Source: Neocallimastix sp. 'constans'
Taxonomy: Eukaryota
Direction of reading: 5' to 3'
NCBI GenBank assembly: GCA_050613775.1
Contig: JBODTK010000145.1
Location: 248,001-312,000, forward strand
Length of the DNA: 64,000 nt
Shown here: positions 28,654 through 40,412 of the stretch, piece after piece
Numbering within the stretch: the first letter of the stretch is position 1
How the letters are laid out: every line of letters starts with the position of its first letter
The notes under the pieces: generated by a model
The model's input: the letters and a program-made list of their open reading frames with translations, nothing else
Database searches by the model: none
What the model was told of the DNA's origin: nothing
Position numbers and translations under genes: made by a program

Positions 28654-29052
28654 AAACTTTTTTTTAATAGTAATTAATGTCGTTTGACTTTTTTATATTT
28701 AATATAATATTTTATTCTTAACAATATAAAAGAGAAAATTTTATCAATTCTCTTTTAATTTTTTTTTTTTTTTTTTTTTTTTTTTGAAACACTTAATATT
28801 ATTTAATATTATTTTAAAATAAAAAAAATTTAAATAATTTTTTTTTTATTATTTAAATTAATTTTTAAATTTACATTAAAATACAAAACAAAACAAAACA
28901 AAAAAAAAAAAAAAAAAAAGTTCAACAGAATAAAATAATAATATTTAATTATTATTATAACTAAATAATAATTAAATATTATTAATTAATAAATGAATGA
29001 TTAACATAAGAATAAAAAAATTTCTTCTAAAAAAAAAAAAAAAAAAAGGAAA

Positions 29053-32000
29053 ATGAAATTAATTATCCCAAATTTTATATTAATTTCAATATTATTAATT
29101 TTTAATAATATTGAAATTAATTGTAAGCCAGCTCCATATTCTGTAGTATATGATACACTCTCTGAAAAATATGATTATAATTTGTATCGTAAAAATATTA
29201 AGGAAAAAATCGCTTTAAAAAAAGAAAAGTATTTGGACATTTTTTCAAACAGCACTATTGAAAATGATATTGAAAATATTGAAAATAAAAATAATACTTT
29301 TTTATTTAAAAAATCAAATACTAAACTTCAATTAATTAATTTTATTAATTATGAAGAATCTCTTTCGGAAGTTATTAATCCTTACAGAGGGTTTTTTAAA
29401 CATATATTGGTCAGTTTAAAGTTAGGTGGAAAACACATAAAAGATAATTTACCATCCACAGGTTTAGTTCGTCTTATTGTTGATATTTCTGAATTTCAAA
29501 GGGAAGAACTTACTGAAGATGCTATTGACTATTTAAAAAATATTTTTCAGTTAATAAAAAGTAATCATCAAACGGTCGTCATTAGATTTTCATATCATAA
29601 AAGAAATAGTTCAAAAAATAAATCTACGGAACCGGAACTTGGGTTAGTGATAAAACATCTGGATCAATTACAGGATATATTTAAAATTTACGAAGATGCT
29701 ATTGCTTCTGTTGAATGTGGACTCTTTGGCCGATATGGTGAAATGTATGAAAGTGATATCAAGGAAATTCAGAATATAAAAATGGAATTTATTAATGAAA
29801 TCATAAAAAAATGGTTGACTATTTTACCAAATTCTATAACACTGAGTGTAAGAACTCCAGAACATTATACCAATTATACGGGTGTGATTAGATCTAAAAT
29901 TTCTCAAGATCAACCTACTTCAAACCAAGAAGGTTATCGAATTGGTATTTATAATGATGCTTATTTTGCATCTAAAAATGATATTGGAACCTATTCCAAT
30001 AGAAAAGAGGATATAAAATGGTTAATGAATCAGTCCACTCATACCTTGTATGGTGGTGAATTCGGAAATTTTTTAGGTCAGGATATGGGGGATATCATCA
30101 TTAATGCTCTGGAAATCAGTAAGGAAGCATATCAAACCCATACCAGCTATTTAAATTCTGAATACTATGAAGGTAGTATTGAAATTTTGAGTAAGAGAAA
30201 ATGTTCAGATGATTTTGGAATATATAGTGGACAGACAGAGTTGAGATACCTTGAAAATCATCTTGGCTATCGATTTGTTGTACGTAGGGTTTCTCTTACA
30301 AAAGAAGTTCAAAAAAATGGTATTTTTAGTATGGAGGTTGAAATTGAAAATGTAGGATTTGCAAATCTGATCAAGCCAAAAATAATTTATGTCTTTTTAA
30401 CTAACAATAATAATTTGAGTTATACATTATCGAGTATCATTAATACGGATCATGATGATCCATGTCAATGGTGGTCAAATGAAAAAGTTGTATATAAGGT
30501 TGAAGGTACCCTGCCTTCCAATATGCCCAATGATAATTATAAAGTATATATAAGAATAGCTTCCAATGGTGGTGGTGGGTTAAACGGCTATCCCATAAGG
30601 TTTGCCAATGACGATGAAAATATATGGAATGAATCCTTGGGAGCGAACTATCTTGGAGATTTCTTGGTAGTAGGAAGTATTGATCCTCCAAAGATTGAAA
30701 TTACCGATCCTGATGAATTCGATGATATTAGTAGTAATGATAATGATAATACTAATACTAGTTATAGTAATAAATACCATAGTCTTATGGAACTTTTGCA
30801 ACCTTTCAGTTCGATGTATACTATTGTTAAATTTAAAGGTATGTTAAAGAATACATCTAATTATTATTTAGGTGTCCCGGAATTGAAAGAATACGATCAT
30901 TTCAATACTTATGAATTAAAAGATACGGAGAGTGCTAAATATCATACCTGGCATGTGGATTCTGAAATTAATCCTTCCTTCCTATATTTATCGAATGGTA
31001 TATATGGTCATGTGGGAGAACCAACAGAATATTGCTTAGATTTAAGTACCTACGTAAACACTAAAGGATATAATTATCTGAGTATAGTGAAATGTGTTAA
31101 TGCCAAACATAAATTTTTATATGGAAAATCTTATTCTAATTCAGTAGATATTTATGATGTGAATGGTGTTCATCTAACCGATAATAAGGGAAATAATGTA
31201 TGTCTCTATTATTCGATAACTCCTCGTATCGATAAATGCAATATATCATCTAGTAAAAGAAATATGAGTTGGATGATATATCATCTTTATCCAAGTTATA
31301 CTCCTGTGAAATTCAGAGGAATGTTAGAAAATCAATATAATCAGTATTTAGGAGTATCCGAATTAAAGGAATATAATGGCTTTGATATTGGTGAAGCGAA
31401 TAGTTTAACGTACACTAAATATCATACTTGGCATGTTGTTGAAGAAAGCGTACCTTCTCTTCTATATCTATCCAATGGAATTAATGGTAATAATGGTGAA
31501 CCTACCAATTATTGTTTAGATTTAGGTACTTATGTTAATAGAGAGGGTTACAATTATCTTAGTATAGTGGATTGTTCCAAAGCGAAACATAAATTTATGT
31601 TTGGAGATTCGTTTTCCAGTTCAATTGATATTTACAAAAAGAATGGGGATCATTTAACCGATAAGAATGGTTATCCAGTATGTCTCTACTATTCGATGAC
31701 TCCTCGTATCGATAAATGTCATCCTTCAAAAAATATTAAAAATATATATTGGAATAAATTTACCCTTGTTACAACCTATACTCCTATCCGATTTAAGGGT
31801 ACTCTTTATTCAACCCAAAATTACTATTTAGGAGTGAAGGAATTGAAAGAATATGATCGATTTAACATTTTTGAACTAAATGTCGATTTGAATCCTAAAT
31901 ATCGTACTTGGCATATACTCTCTGAAAATTCACCCTCACTTTTGTATTTATCAGATGGAGAAAGTGATAGAGTAGGAAAGCCTACGGAGTATTGTTTAGA

Positions 32001-32238
32001 TTTAGGTACCAATGTCAGTGATAAGGGATATTCATATTTAAGTGTTGTGAGATGCTCTAAAGCTCAACATAAATTTATGTATGACGGTTCTGCCTCTAAA
32101 TCTATTTCAGTTTACACTCGTGATGGTAATCGTATAACCAATAAGAAAGGAGTTAACCTATGTCTCTATTATTCAATGACACCTAGAGTGGACGAATGCA
32201 ATTTAAATATAAAAAATATAATTTGGGATAAATACTAA
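29053..32238 (+). CDS. Secreted DUF4874/DUF4832-like putative glycoside hydrolase with three C-terminal ~160-aa Cys/Trp (ricin-B-like) modules
   Basis: Hydrophobic signal peptide. Motifs NPYRGF, IRFSY, GLFGRYGE, RIGIYNDAY, YGGE, SYLN, HLGYRF, ENVGFA, YPIRFAN. Repeats start at ~30817, ~31297 and ~31777. Confidence 0.85.
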   Translation: MKLIIPNFILISILLIFNNIEINCKPAPYSVVYDTLSEKYDYNLYRKNIKEKIALKKEKYLDIFSNSTIENDIENIENKNNTFLFKKSNTKLQLINFINYEESLSEVINPYRGFFKHILVSLKLGGKHIKDNLPSTGLVRLIVDISEFQREELTEDAIDYLKNIFQLIKSNHQTVVIRFSYHKRNSSKNKSTEPELGLVIKHLDQLQDIFKIYEDAIASVECGLFGRYGEMYESDIKEIQNIKMEFINEIIKKWLTILPNSITLSVRTPEHYTNYTGVIRSKISQDQPTSNQEGYRIGIYNDAYFASKNDIGTYSNRKEDIKWLMNQSTHTLYGGEFGNFLGQDMGDIIINALEISKEAYQTHTSYLNSEYYEGSIEILSKRKCSDDFGIYSGQTELRYLENHLGYRFVVRRVSLTKEVQKNGIFSMEVEIENVGFANLIKPKIIYVFLTNNNNLSYTLSSIINTDHDDPCQWWSNEKVVYKVEGTLPSNMPNDNYKVYIRIASNGGGGLNGYPIRFANDDENIWNESLGANYLGDFLVVGSIDPPKIEITDPDEFDDISSNDNDNTNTSYSNKYHSLMELLQPFSSMYTIVKFKGMLKNTSNYYLGVPELKEYDHFNTYELKDTESAKYHTWHVDSEINPSFLYLSNGIYGHVGEPTEYCLDLSTYVNTKGYNYLSIVKCVNAKHKFLYGKSYSNSVDIYDVNGVHLTDNKGNNVCLYYSITPRIDKCNISSSKRNMSWMIYHLYPSYTPVKFRGMLENQYNQYLGVSELKEYNGFDIGEANSLTYTKYHTWHVVEESVPSLLYLSNGINGNNGEPTNYCLDLGTYVNREGYNYLSIVDCSKAKHKFMFGDSFSSSIDIYKKNGDHLTDKNGYPVCLYYSMTPRIDKCHPSKNIKNIYWNKFTLVTTYTPIRFKGTLYSTQNYYLGVKELKEYDRFNIFELNVDLNPKYRTWHILSENSPSLLYLSDGESDRVGKPTEYCLDLGTNVSDKGYSYLSVVRCSKAQHKFMYDGSASKSISVYTRDGNRITNKKGVNLCLYYSMTPRVDECNLNIKNIIWDKY

Positions 32239-32289
32239 ATTCATTTATTTAATATTAATTTATTATATATATATAAATATATATAATAA

Positions 32290-32320
<31 letters not shown>

Positions 32321-32713
32321 CAAAACAAAAAAATTAATTCAAAAAAAGCATACTAAATAAAGTATTTAGTAATGTTAAAACAAGCAAACAAACAATCAAC
32401 CAACCAACCAAACAAACAAACAAATAAAAAAAAAATATTAATATTAATTTTTTTTTATTTATATTTTTATCTTATTTTTTAAATTTTTTTTTTTTTTTAA
32501 TTTATAATTTCAATCAATATTATTTTATTATTATTAACAATCATTTATTAATAATCATTTATCAATAAGCAATAAACAATAATCAATTAATCAATTATTA
32601 ATAAAATATTATATGAAAAGAAGTTATAAATTAAAAAAAAAATATTATTAATTATAATTTATATTATTAATATTAAATAGGCAGGTAATATTAATATTAT
32701 TCATAATAATAAC

Positions 32714-32776
<63 letters not shown>

Positions 32777-32889
32777 AAAGGAATAAAAAAAATAAAAATA
32801 ATATCAAGAATATGTATATAACAATATATATATATATAAATTGAAGCTTAATGAAAGCAAGAAAGCAAGCAAACAAGCAAACAAATAAA

Positions 32890-32928
<39 letters not shown>

Positions 32929-33099
32929 AGGTAAAACATAAAAATTTCATAGTACCAATTTTTTTTTTTTAAAAAATGAAAGATTTAGCGCGGTTCAGCA
33001 ACCACATTACTACTACCACAATTAATAAATAAATAAATAAATAAAAAAATAAAATAAAAATAAAAAAAAAACAACAAATGAAAAATTATTTTTGGAAGA

Positions 33100-33818
33100 A
33101 AAATACTAAAAAACAAAAAAAAAAAAAAACAAACAGAAAAAAAAAATGATTAAATGATCATAAGAAAATAAATAAAAATTTTTCAAAATTAAAATGATTA
33201 AATGATCATTGAAAGTTGAAAGAGAAAAAAAAAAAAAAAGTTGTATAAAACAAATAATTAAATGATCATTGGAAAATAACAAATTAAAAAGTTGTTATAA
33301 AAATAATATTAAAATATTATTGGAAAAATATATAAAATAAAAAAAAATTTGTTAAAAAATATAATGATTAAGTATCTAAAAATAAATAAATAAATAAATA
33401 TAAATGATAAAATTATAAATAAGTTGTTAAAAATAAAATGATTAAATAGTCATTGGAAAAAAAAAAGAAAATTGTAAAAAATTTAAAAATAATTAAATGA
33501 CTAAAGGGAAAAAATAAAATAAAAAAAAAAAAGTTGTAAAAATTAAAATAATAAAAAGTTCATTGGTAAAAAGATAAAAAGTCGTAAATAATCAAATGAT
33601 TAAATATCATTTGAAAAAATAAAAATAAAAAAAAAGATAGTTGGCTTAAAATATCAATAATGTGAAAAAAAAAATAACTTTTAAAAAAATAAAATGATTA
33701 AACAATTATTGGAAAAGAAAAATAAATAAATAAGTTGTTAAAAAAAACGAAATAAAATATCTTTTGAGAAAGATATTAAAAGTTGTAAATAACAAAATAT
33801 CAAAAATTATTTAAAATG

Positions 33819-33849
<31 letters not shown>

Positions 33850-34530
33850 ATTGTAAAAATTGAATTATTAAATAATTATTCAAAAATAAAAATAAAAAAG
33901 TTAATAAAATAATGAAAATAATTAAATAATCATTTGGCAAAAAAAAACAAATAAGTTTTGAAAAACAAAGAAATTAAAATGATTAAATATTACTAAAAAA
34001 AAAAAAAAAAAAAAAAAAAAATTAAGTTGGAAAGAATAAAATGATTAAATATCATTGGTAAAAAAAAAAAAATTAAATTATAAAGAGTAAAATGATTAAA
34101 AGATCATTTGAAAATAAAAAAAAATAAAATAAAATAAAATAAAAAATTGTAAAAAAAAAACAAATGATTAGATGATTATTGGAAAAAAAAAATAAAATGA
34201 GTTGTAAATAGTAAAAATGATTCCATAATCATTTGGAAAAATAAATAAAATTTTTTTAAAAAAAAAAAATAAATAAAATGATTAAATAATCTATAAGAAA
34301 AAAAGAAAAAATATGTTGTAAAATGCACAATAACTATAAATGGTCATTGGAAAAAAAATAATTGAATGATAATTAGAAAAAATGAAAAGTTGTAAAAAAA
34401 AAAAAAAGTAAAATTTAATGATCATTAAAGAAAAAAGTTGTTATAAAAAAAAACAAATGATTAAATGTTCATTTGAAATGGAGAAAAAAAAATAAAAAAA
34501 TAAAAAAAATTAAATAATTAAATATCATTT
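33100..34530. repeat. Degenerate A-rich tandem array of roughly 20 or more units (~55-70 bp), consensus AAAATGATTAAATGATCATTGGAAAA...AGTTGTAAAA
   Basis: The motif atgattaaa(t/a)(g/a)atcatt(g/t)g recurs, alternating with agttgt, across ~1.4 kb. Confidence 0.8.
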
Positions 34531-35769
34531 ATATATAAATATTAATAATAAAAAATTATTTTACGTACGTAAAAAAAAAAATAATGTATAAATAAAATAA
34601 TAAAAAAAAAAAACATGTAAAAAAAAAAAAAACATGTAAATAAAAACAATAATATTAAAAAAAAAAAAAAAAAAAAAGAATTAAAATGTAAATATATAAT
34701 AAAAAAAAAATAAAATAAAATAAAAATAAAAATAAAAATAAATAAAATAAGTTCTTAAAATGATTTTCTTTGATTAAAATTAATATTCTTTTAATGTGTA
34801 TTATAATTAAAAAAGATAATACATATATATATAAATATTTAAAATAAGTTTTAGCATTTATATTTTCATAATCAATTATCATATCATATTTAAAAAAGTA
34901 TTTAATTTTAAACATAAAATTATTATAAATCAGTCATTTAATTAATAAAATAACACTTGATGTAACGTGATCAATTCATTTGATTCTATCCATTTGGAGC
35001 TTTTTAAATACTATTTGAATATATATATGAATATATATATATATATATATATGTATAATTTTTTTTTTTAAAAAAAAAAAAAGAAATAGAAATAAAAAAT
35101 AAAATTAAAAGAAATGTATTATTCTTTAATTAATAATATATGAAGACAAAGTTAGTATTGAATTGTCACTTTAGGAAAAGTGCAAAATATGAAATGATTC
35201 TTACTTGCTTTTCCCAGAATTGGATTATCCAATAAAAATTCCTTAATACTTATTTAAATAAATTTAATAAATGTTAAAAGTTCAAGATATAGTTTATTAT
35301 GATTTATTATAAAATATTTTATGTATCAAATTTTATTTATTTTAGTAGCGCATTATAATATGTATACCTCTACATATATATACGTATGGGCTACTAAATT
35401 AAATTATTATATAATTATATATAATTATGTAATTATAAAATAAGTGTTTTAACAAAAATAATATAGGGTAATAAATAAATAAAATATAACAATTTTAACA
35501 TTATAATTTAAACAGATGAAGAGTCTCATTAATTCAATATTGAATGTTTAAAAATTCATTAATGAATAATCAAGTATTATTAATATATATTTAATTATCA
35601 GAAAATTAATAATGCATTATTAAAATGAAAAATTAAACTAAAATTCAAATTGAATATTTTTTTTTTTTTTTTTTTTTTTTTAGAAATTTAAAAATTTAAT
35701 TTAAAATTTTTTTTTTTCATTTAATGATTGAAGATAATTCAGAGATAATAAATTCTGTCATTCTGAAAA

Positions 35770-36060
35770 AAAAAGAGTTATAAACGGAAAAAAAATATTA
35801 TTAAATATGGTCTAAGGATATGGAACTTCTTCTTGAAGAGAAAAAATTAGATATCTATGAAAATAAAATAAAAAAAAAAATTGTCAGCGGTCCCGAAGCT
35901 AGGATGAAGGATAATAAAAAAAATTAGGGGAATCACTGACATGTACTATGGTAAAAATGTCACCAAAAAAGATATAGTAGGTGTCAAAAAAACCAAGCAA
36001 GCGATAAGCAAAAATTTAGATGATGAAACTAAAAACTATGTTATCTGATGCCAACAAACA
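35770..36060 (+). mobile_element. Possible heavily decayed Copia gag relic
   Basis: Fragment WSKDMELLLEEKKLDIY resembles the gag N-terminal W..M..L...L motif; no open frame remains. Confidence 0.3.
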
Positions 36061-36327
36061 TAACAGAAATTCTGGAAATATAGGATAGCCACTGAAAACT
36101 ATATCTATAATAGGCTACCTCAGAGAGGGAATAATAATAAAGATCCATAAGAGATAATGTATAATGAAAAAGTAGATTACAATACATTCAATGTTTTTTT
36201 TTTTTTAGCTGTCAAATGTACTTTTTTTATTCCTATATTTCTAATTCAAAAATTGAAAATAATATTGAAATTGAAAATACAAGTAAACCACAAAGTATTA
36301 GATGTAATACAAGAAATAAAGGTATAA

Positions 36328-36690
<363 letters not shown>

Positions 36691-38497
36691 TCTGTTTAAT
36701 GAGTCTAAAAAAAAAAAAAAAAAAAAAAAAATATTGAAAAATTCCATGTCCTGTGTAATAGTTTTTAATTAATATATTTAATATAAACAACGGTTAAAAA
36801 TATATATATAAATATATATATTATTATATCTCATTACTACAATTATTACATAAAAATTTTTTATAATATATGATATTTTTAATTTTTTTTTTTTTAAGAT
36901 TTTATTTTTATTAATAATATTTAATATAAAAAAAATTTATTATTTTATAAAGTTCTAATAAAATGAAAATATATAAATGAAGTGGATATTTTTTATTTAT
37001 TTATTCCATCATCATCATTATTATTTTTTTAATAATAAAAAATTAAAAGTTTTAATGAAATAAACATTTCATGAAACATGACTATCTTTTTCATCTTTAA
37101 ATATAAAATAATTATGTTTACATATTACATAACTTCTATTAACTAAATTAAATTATAATAAATAAAAATACAAATTTAAAAAAAAAAAAAATTAATAATT
37201 ATATATAAAGTCATTTTTTATTGCGGTAAATGAATATAAAAAAAAAAAAAAAAATAGTCGAAGTAAAAAAAAAAAAATGTTTTGAAAAAAAAAAATATTA
37301 AAAATGTAAATAAAAAAAAAAAAAGTTATAATGAAAAAATAATAAATGATAAATGAAAACATAAAACATTTTAATTTTAAGTAATTAAATAAATATAAAT
37401 AAAAAAAAAAAAAAAAAAAAGTAAATTCTAAAATTTAAAAAACAAAAAAATTTTTATTTAAATAGAAAATAATTAAAGAAAAAATTAATTGTTAAATTAT
37501 TTAAAATATTAAAAGTTTTTTTATTTTTTAATTATTACTTTTAGCTTTTAGATTATCGGTCTAGGCTTTATTGTTTTTTTTTTTATATTTTCTATTTTTT
37601 TTTTTAATTTTTTTAAATTATTAGTTTTTGTATTTATATTGGTTTGAACATTTAATTATAAAAAAAATAAATCAAATGAATTTATTTTTAATATAATTAT
37701 AATTAATTTTATTTTTATCTTATTTTTTAAACTTTTTTTTTTTTTTAATCTTTTTTTTATTTATTTTTTTCATTACATATTTTATATCAAATTCATTTTA
37801 TTATAAATCTTTTTTATTTTTATTTTTATTTTTTTTTTTTTATAATATTTATTTAAAAATAAATAAATAAGTAAATGAAAATATATAAATAATAAATAAA
37901 TAATAATAAATAGATTATAATAAATAGATAATAATATATAAATAATAATAAATAATTAATAATAAGTAAATAATAAATAAATAATAAATAGATAATAATA
38001 ATAACTAATAACAAATAAATAAATATATAATAAAATAATAATAATTAAAAGAAAACAATTTTTTTTTTATTTTTAAAACTTATTTTTATGATATTGACTA
38101 TCATTGGCTACCATTTTATAAAATAAAATTTTTTTATTTTAAAATTTTAAAACTTTATTTTTATTAAATCTATCAATTTAATTAATTATAAACAAAAATA
38201 GTAATTATCAAAGAAAGATTAAATAAATTAAAATTTATTTTTTATTATTTTTTTATTTTTATTTTTTTATTTTTATTTTATTTTTTTTTTTTTTCACTAA
38301 TAAAAAGCATAGCCCAAAAATCTTAAATTTTATTTATTTATTTTATTTCATAAGAAAAATGTGAATAATAAACGGAATATACATTTATATATATATTTAT
38401 TTATATATATATATATAATTTCAAAAATAAATTTTTTTAAATGTGACAGAGAACACAACCATCATCATTATGAAGCATTAATATAATTCAATATGAC

Positions 38498-38562
38498 AAT
38501 ACACAACATAACATGACATAACACAACATGATATAACACAACATGATATAACACAACATGAA
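38498..38562. repeat. Short ~15-bp tandem repeat (acacaacatgatata)
   Basis: About four imperfect copies are visible. Confidence 0.7.
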
Positions 38563-40203
38563 ATAATTAATAATAAATATATTAGTTTATTAATAAAAAT
38601 ATTATTATTATTATTATTATAAAGTTATAGAATTTAATATTATAGAAATTTATATATTTATATATTTAAATATTTAAAATAAAAATAATAAAAAATAATA
38701 TAATATCAATTTTATTTAAATAAATATTCCTTTCGTCTTAAAGTTGCTATCACTTTAGAAAATTAGATCATTCTTTTTTGTTTTTTTCAAAAAAATTTTA
38801 TTTTTCATTTTTTTTATTTAAAAAAAAAAAAAATTTAGCTAAATGATTAATACCTAAAAAAAAATCTTTTATTTTAATTTAATTAGATTTTTTAGTACAT
38901 TAATTAAAATTTTTAAATAAAGTGTTTGTTTCAAACATCCATTTTTTTTTTTTTATTTTATATTCATTTAAATATATATTAATAAAAATCTAGAAGATTA
39001 GCAATAAAAATTAACGTTTTACATATGTATATTTTATAATAATTTTTAATATTAATATATATATATAAAAATTTAAATATTAAAAATGAAAATGATAATA
39101 CTAATATAAATAATTATGTATTCCATAAATTATAATTTTAAAATGTTTTTTTTTTTTTTTTTTTTTTATTATTATTTATTTATATTTTTTAATTTTTATT
39201 AACCATTATTTATATAAAATAGTTTATTATTTAATATAAATTAAAACTTTTAAATTATTATTATAATTTATTAATCAAAATAAATTAAAAATTTTATATA
39301 TTTCAAAACATATTTTATTTTTTTTTAATTAAAATATTAAATTTTATAACATATTTTTTTTATTTTTTTTATCTTAAATTATATTAAAATAAGTTTTAGA
39401 GCAAAGTAAAAACTGTATTTTATATTTTATATATTTTATATATCATATAAAATAATTTTTTTATTAAAAAATATTATAACTCTAGATGAATTTTTGTTTA
39501 ATATTAATATAAATAATCTTTTTTTTTTTTTTTTAAATATTAAATTAGCTTCCCAAAACAAAAAAAAAAAAAAAATTATTTTATATATTTTAAAGTTTGT
39601 CATCACTATTAAATCTTTGAACGTTTATTTTTAAACATTTTTTTTTTTAAAGTTTTTATTTAATTTTTATATATATAAATATTAATAAATATTTTAATGA
39701 TTAATACATTAAAGTCTTTTCTTTTTATTGCATTCTAATTTTAAATAAAATAAATATTATAAATTAAAATTCATAATTTATATTATCACCTTAATTAATT
39801 ATTAGTATTAAAACAGGATATTATTAATTAAAATAAAAAATTTAAACATTAAAAAAAAAAAAATTCCAGATACAAAAAAATGATGGATGTATCGGAATAA
39901 ATAAATATAATATTAAAATAAAACAAAAAAAAAATTATAATTTTTAATTCTAACATTTGTTCATAATTAAAATTGAAGGAGTAATGAATATTTTTTTTTA
40001 ATTAAATAATAATTATAATAATAAATTAATAAATATATTTCATTTCTTTTTATTTTGTTCTATGCTTTTTCTTTTTCTTTTTTTTTTTTTTCTTATATAA
40101 ATATGAAGACTTTTTCTCTAAATTTTTTATTTTTTAAATTTTCATTATTAATAAAATAATAAAAAAAAAAAAATAGTTAATTATATTTAATTAGCTATCA
40201 ATA

Positions 40204-40240
<37 letters not shown>

Positions 40241-40412
40241 ATAATTAATTTATAATTAATTATAAAAAAAAAAGGAAATATTTAATAAATACTCAAAAAA
40301 TAAAAAAAAATTAAAATAAAATATAATTAAATAAAATTAAAATAAAATAAAATAAAATAAAATAAAATTAAAATAAAATAAAATAAAATTAAAATAAAAT
40401 AAAAAAAACAAA

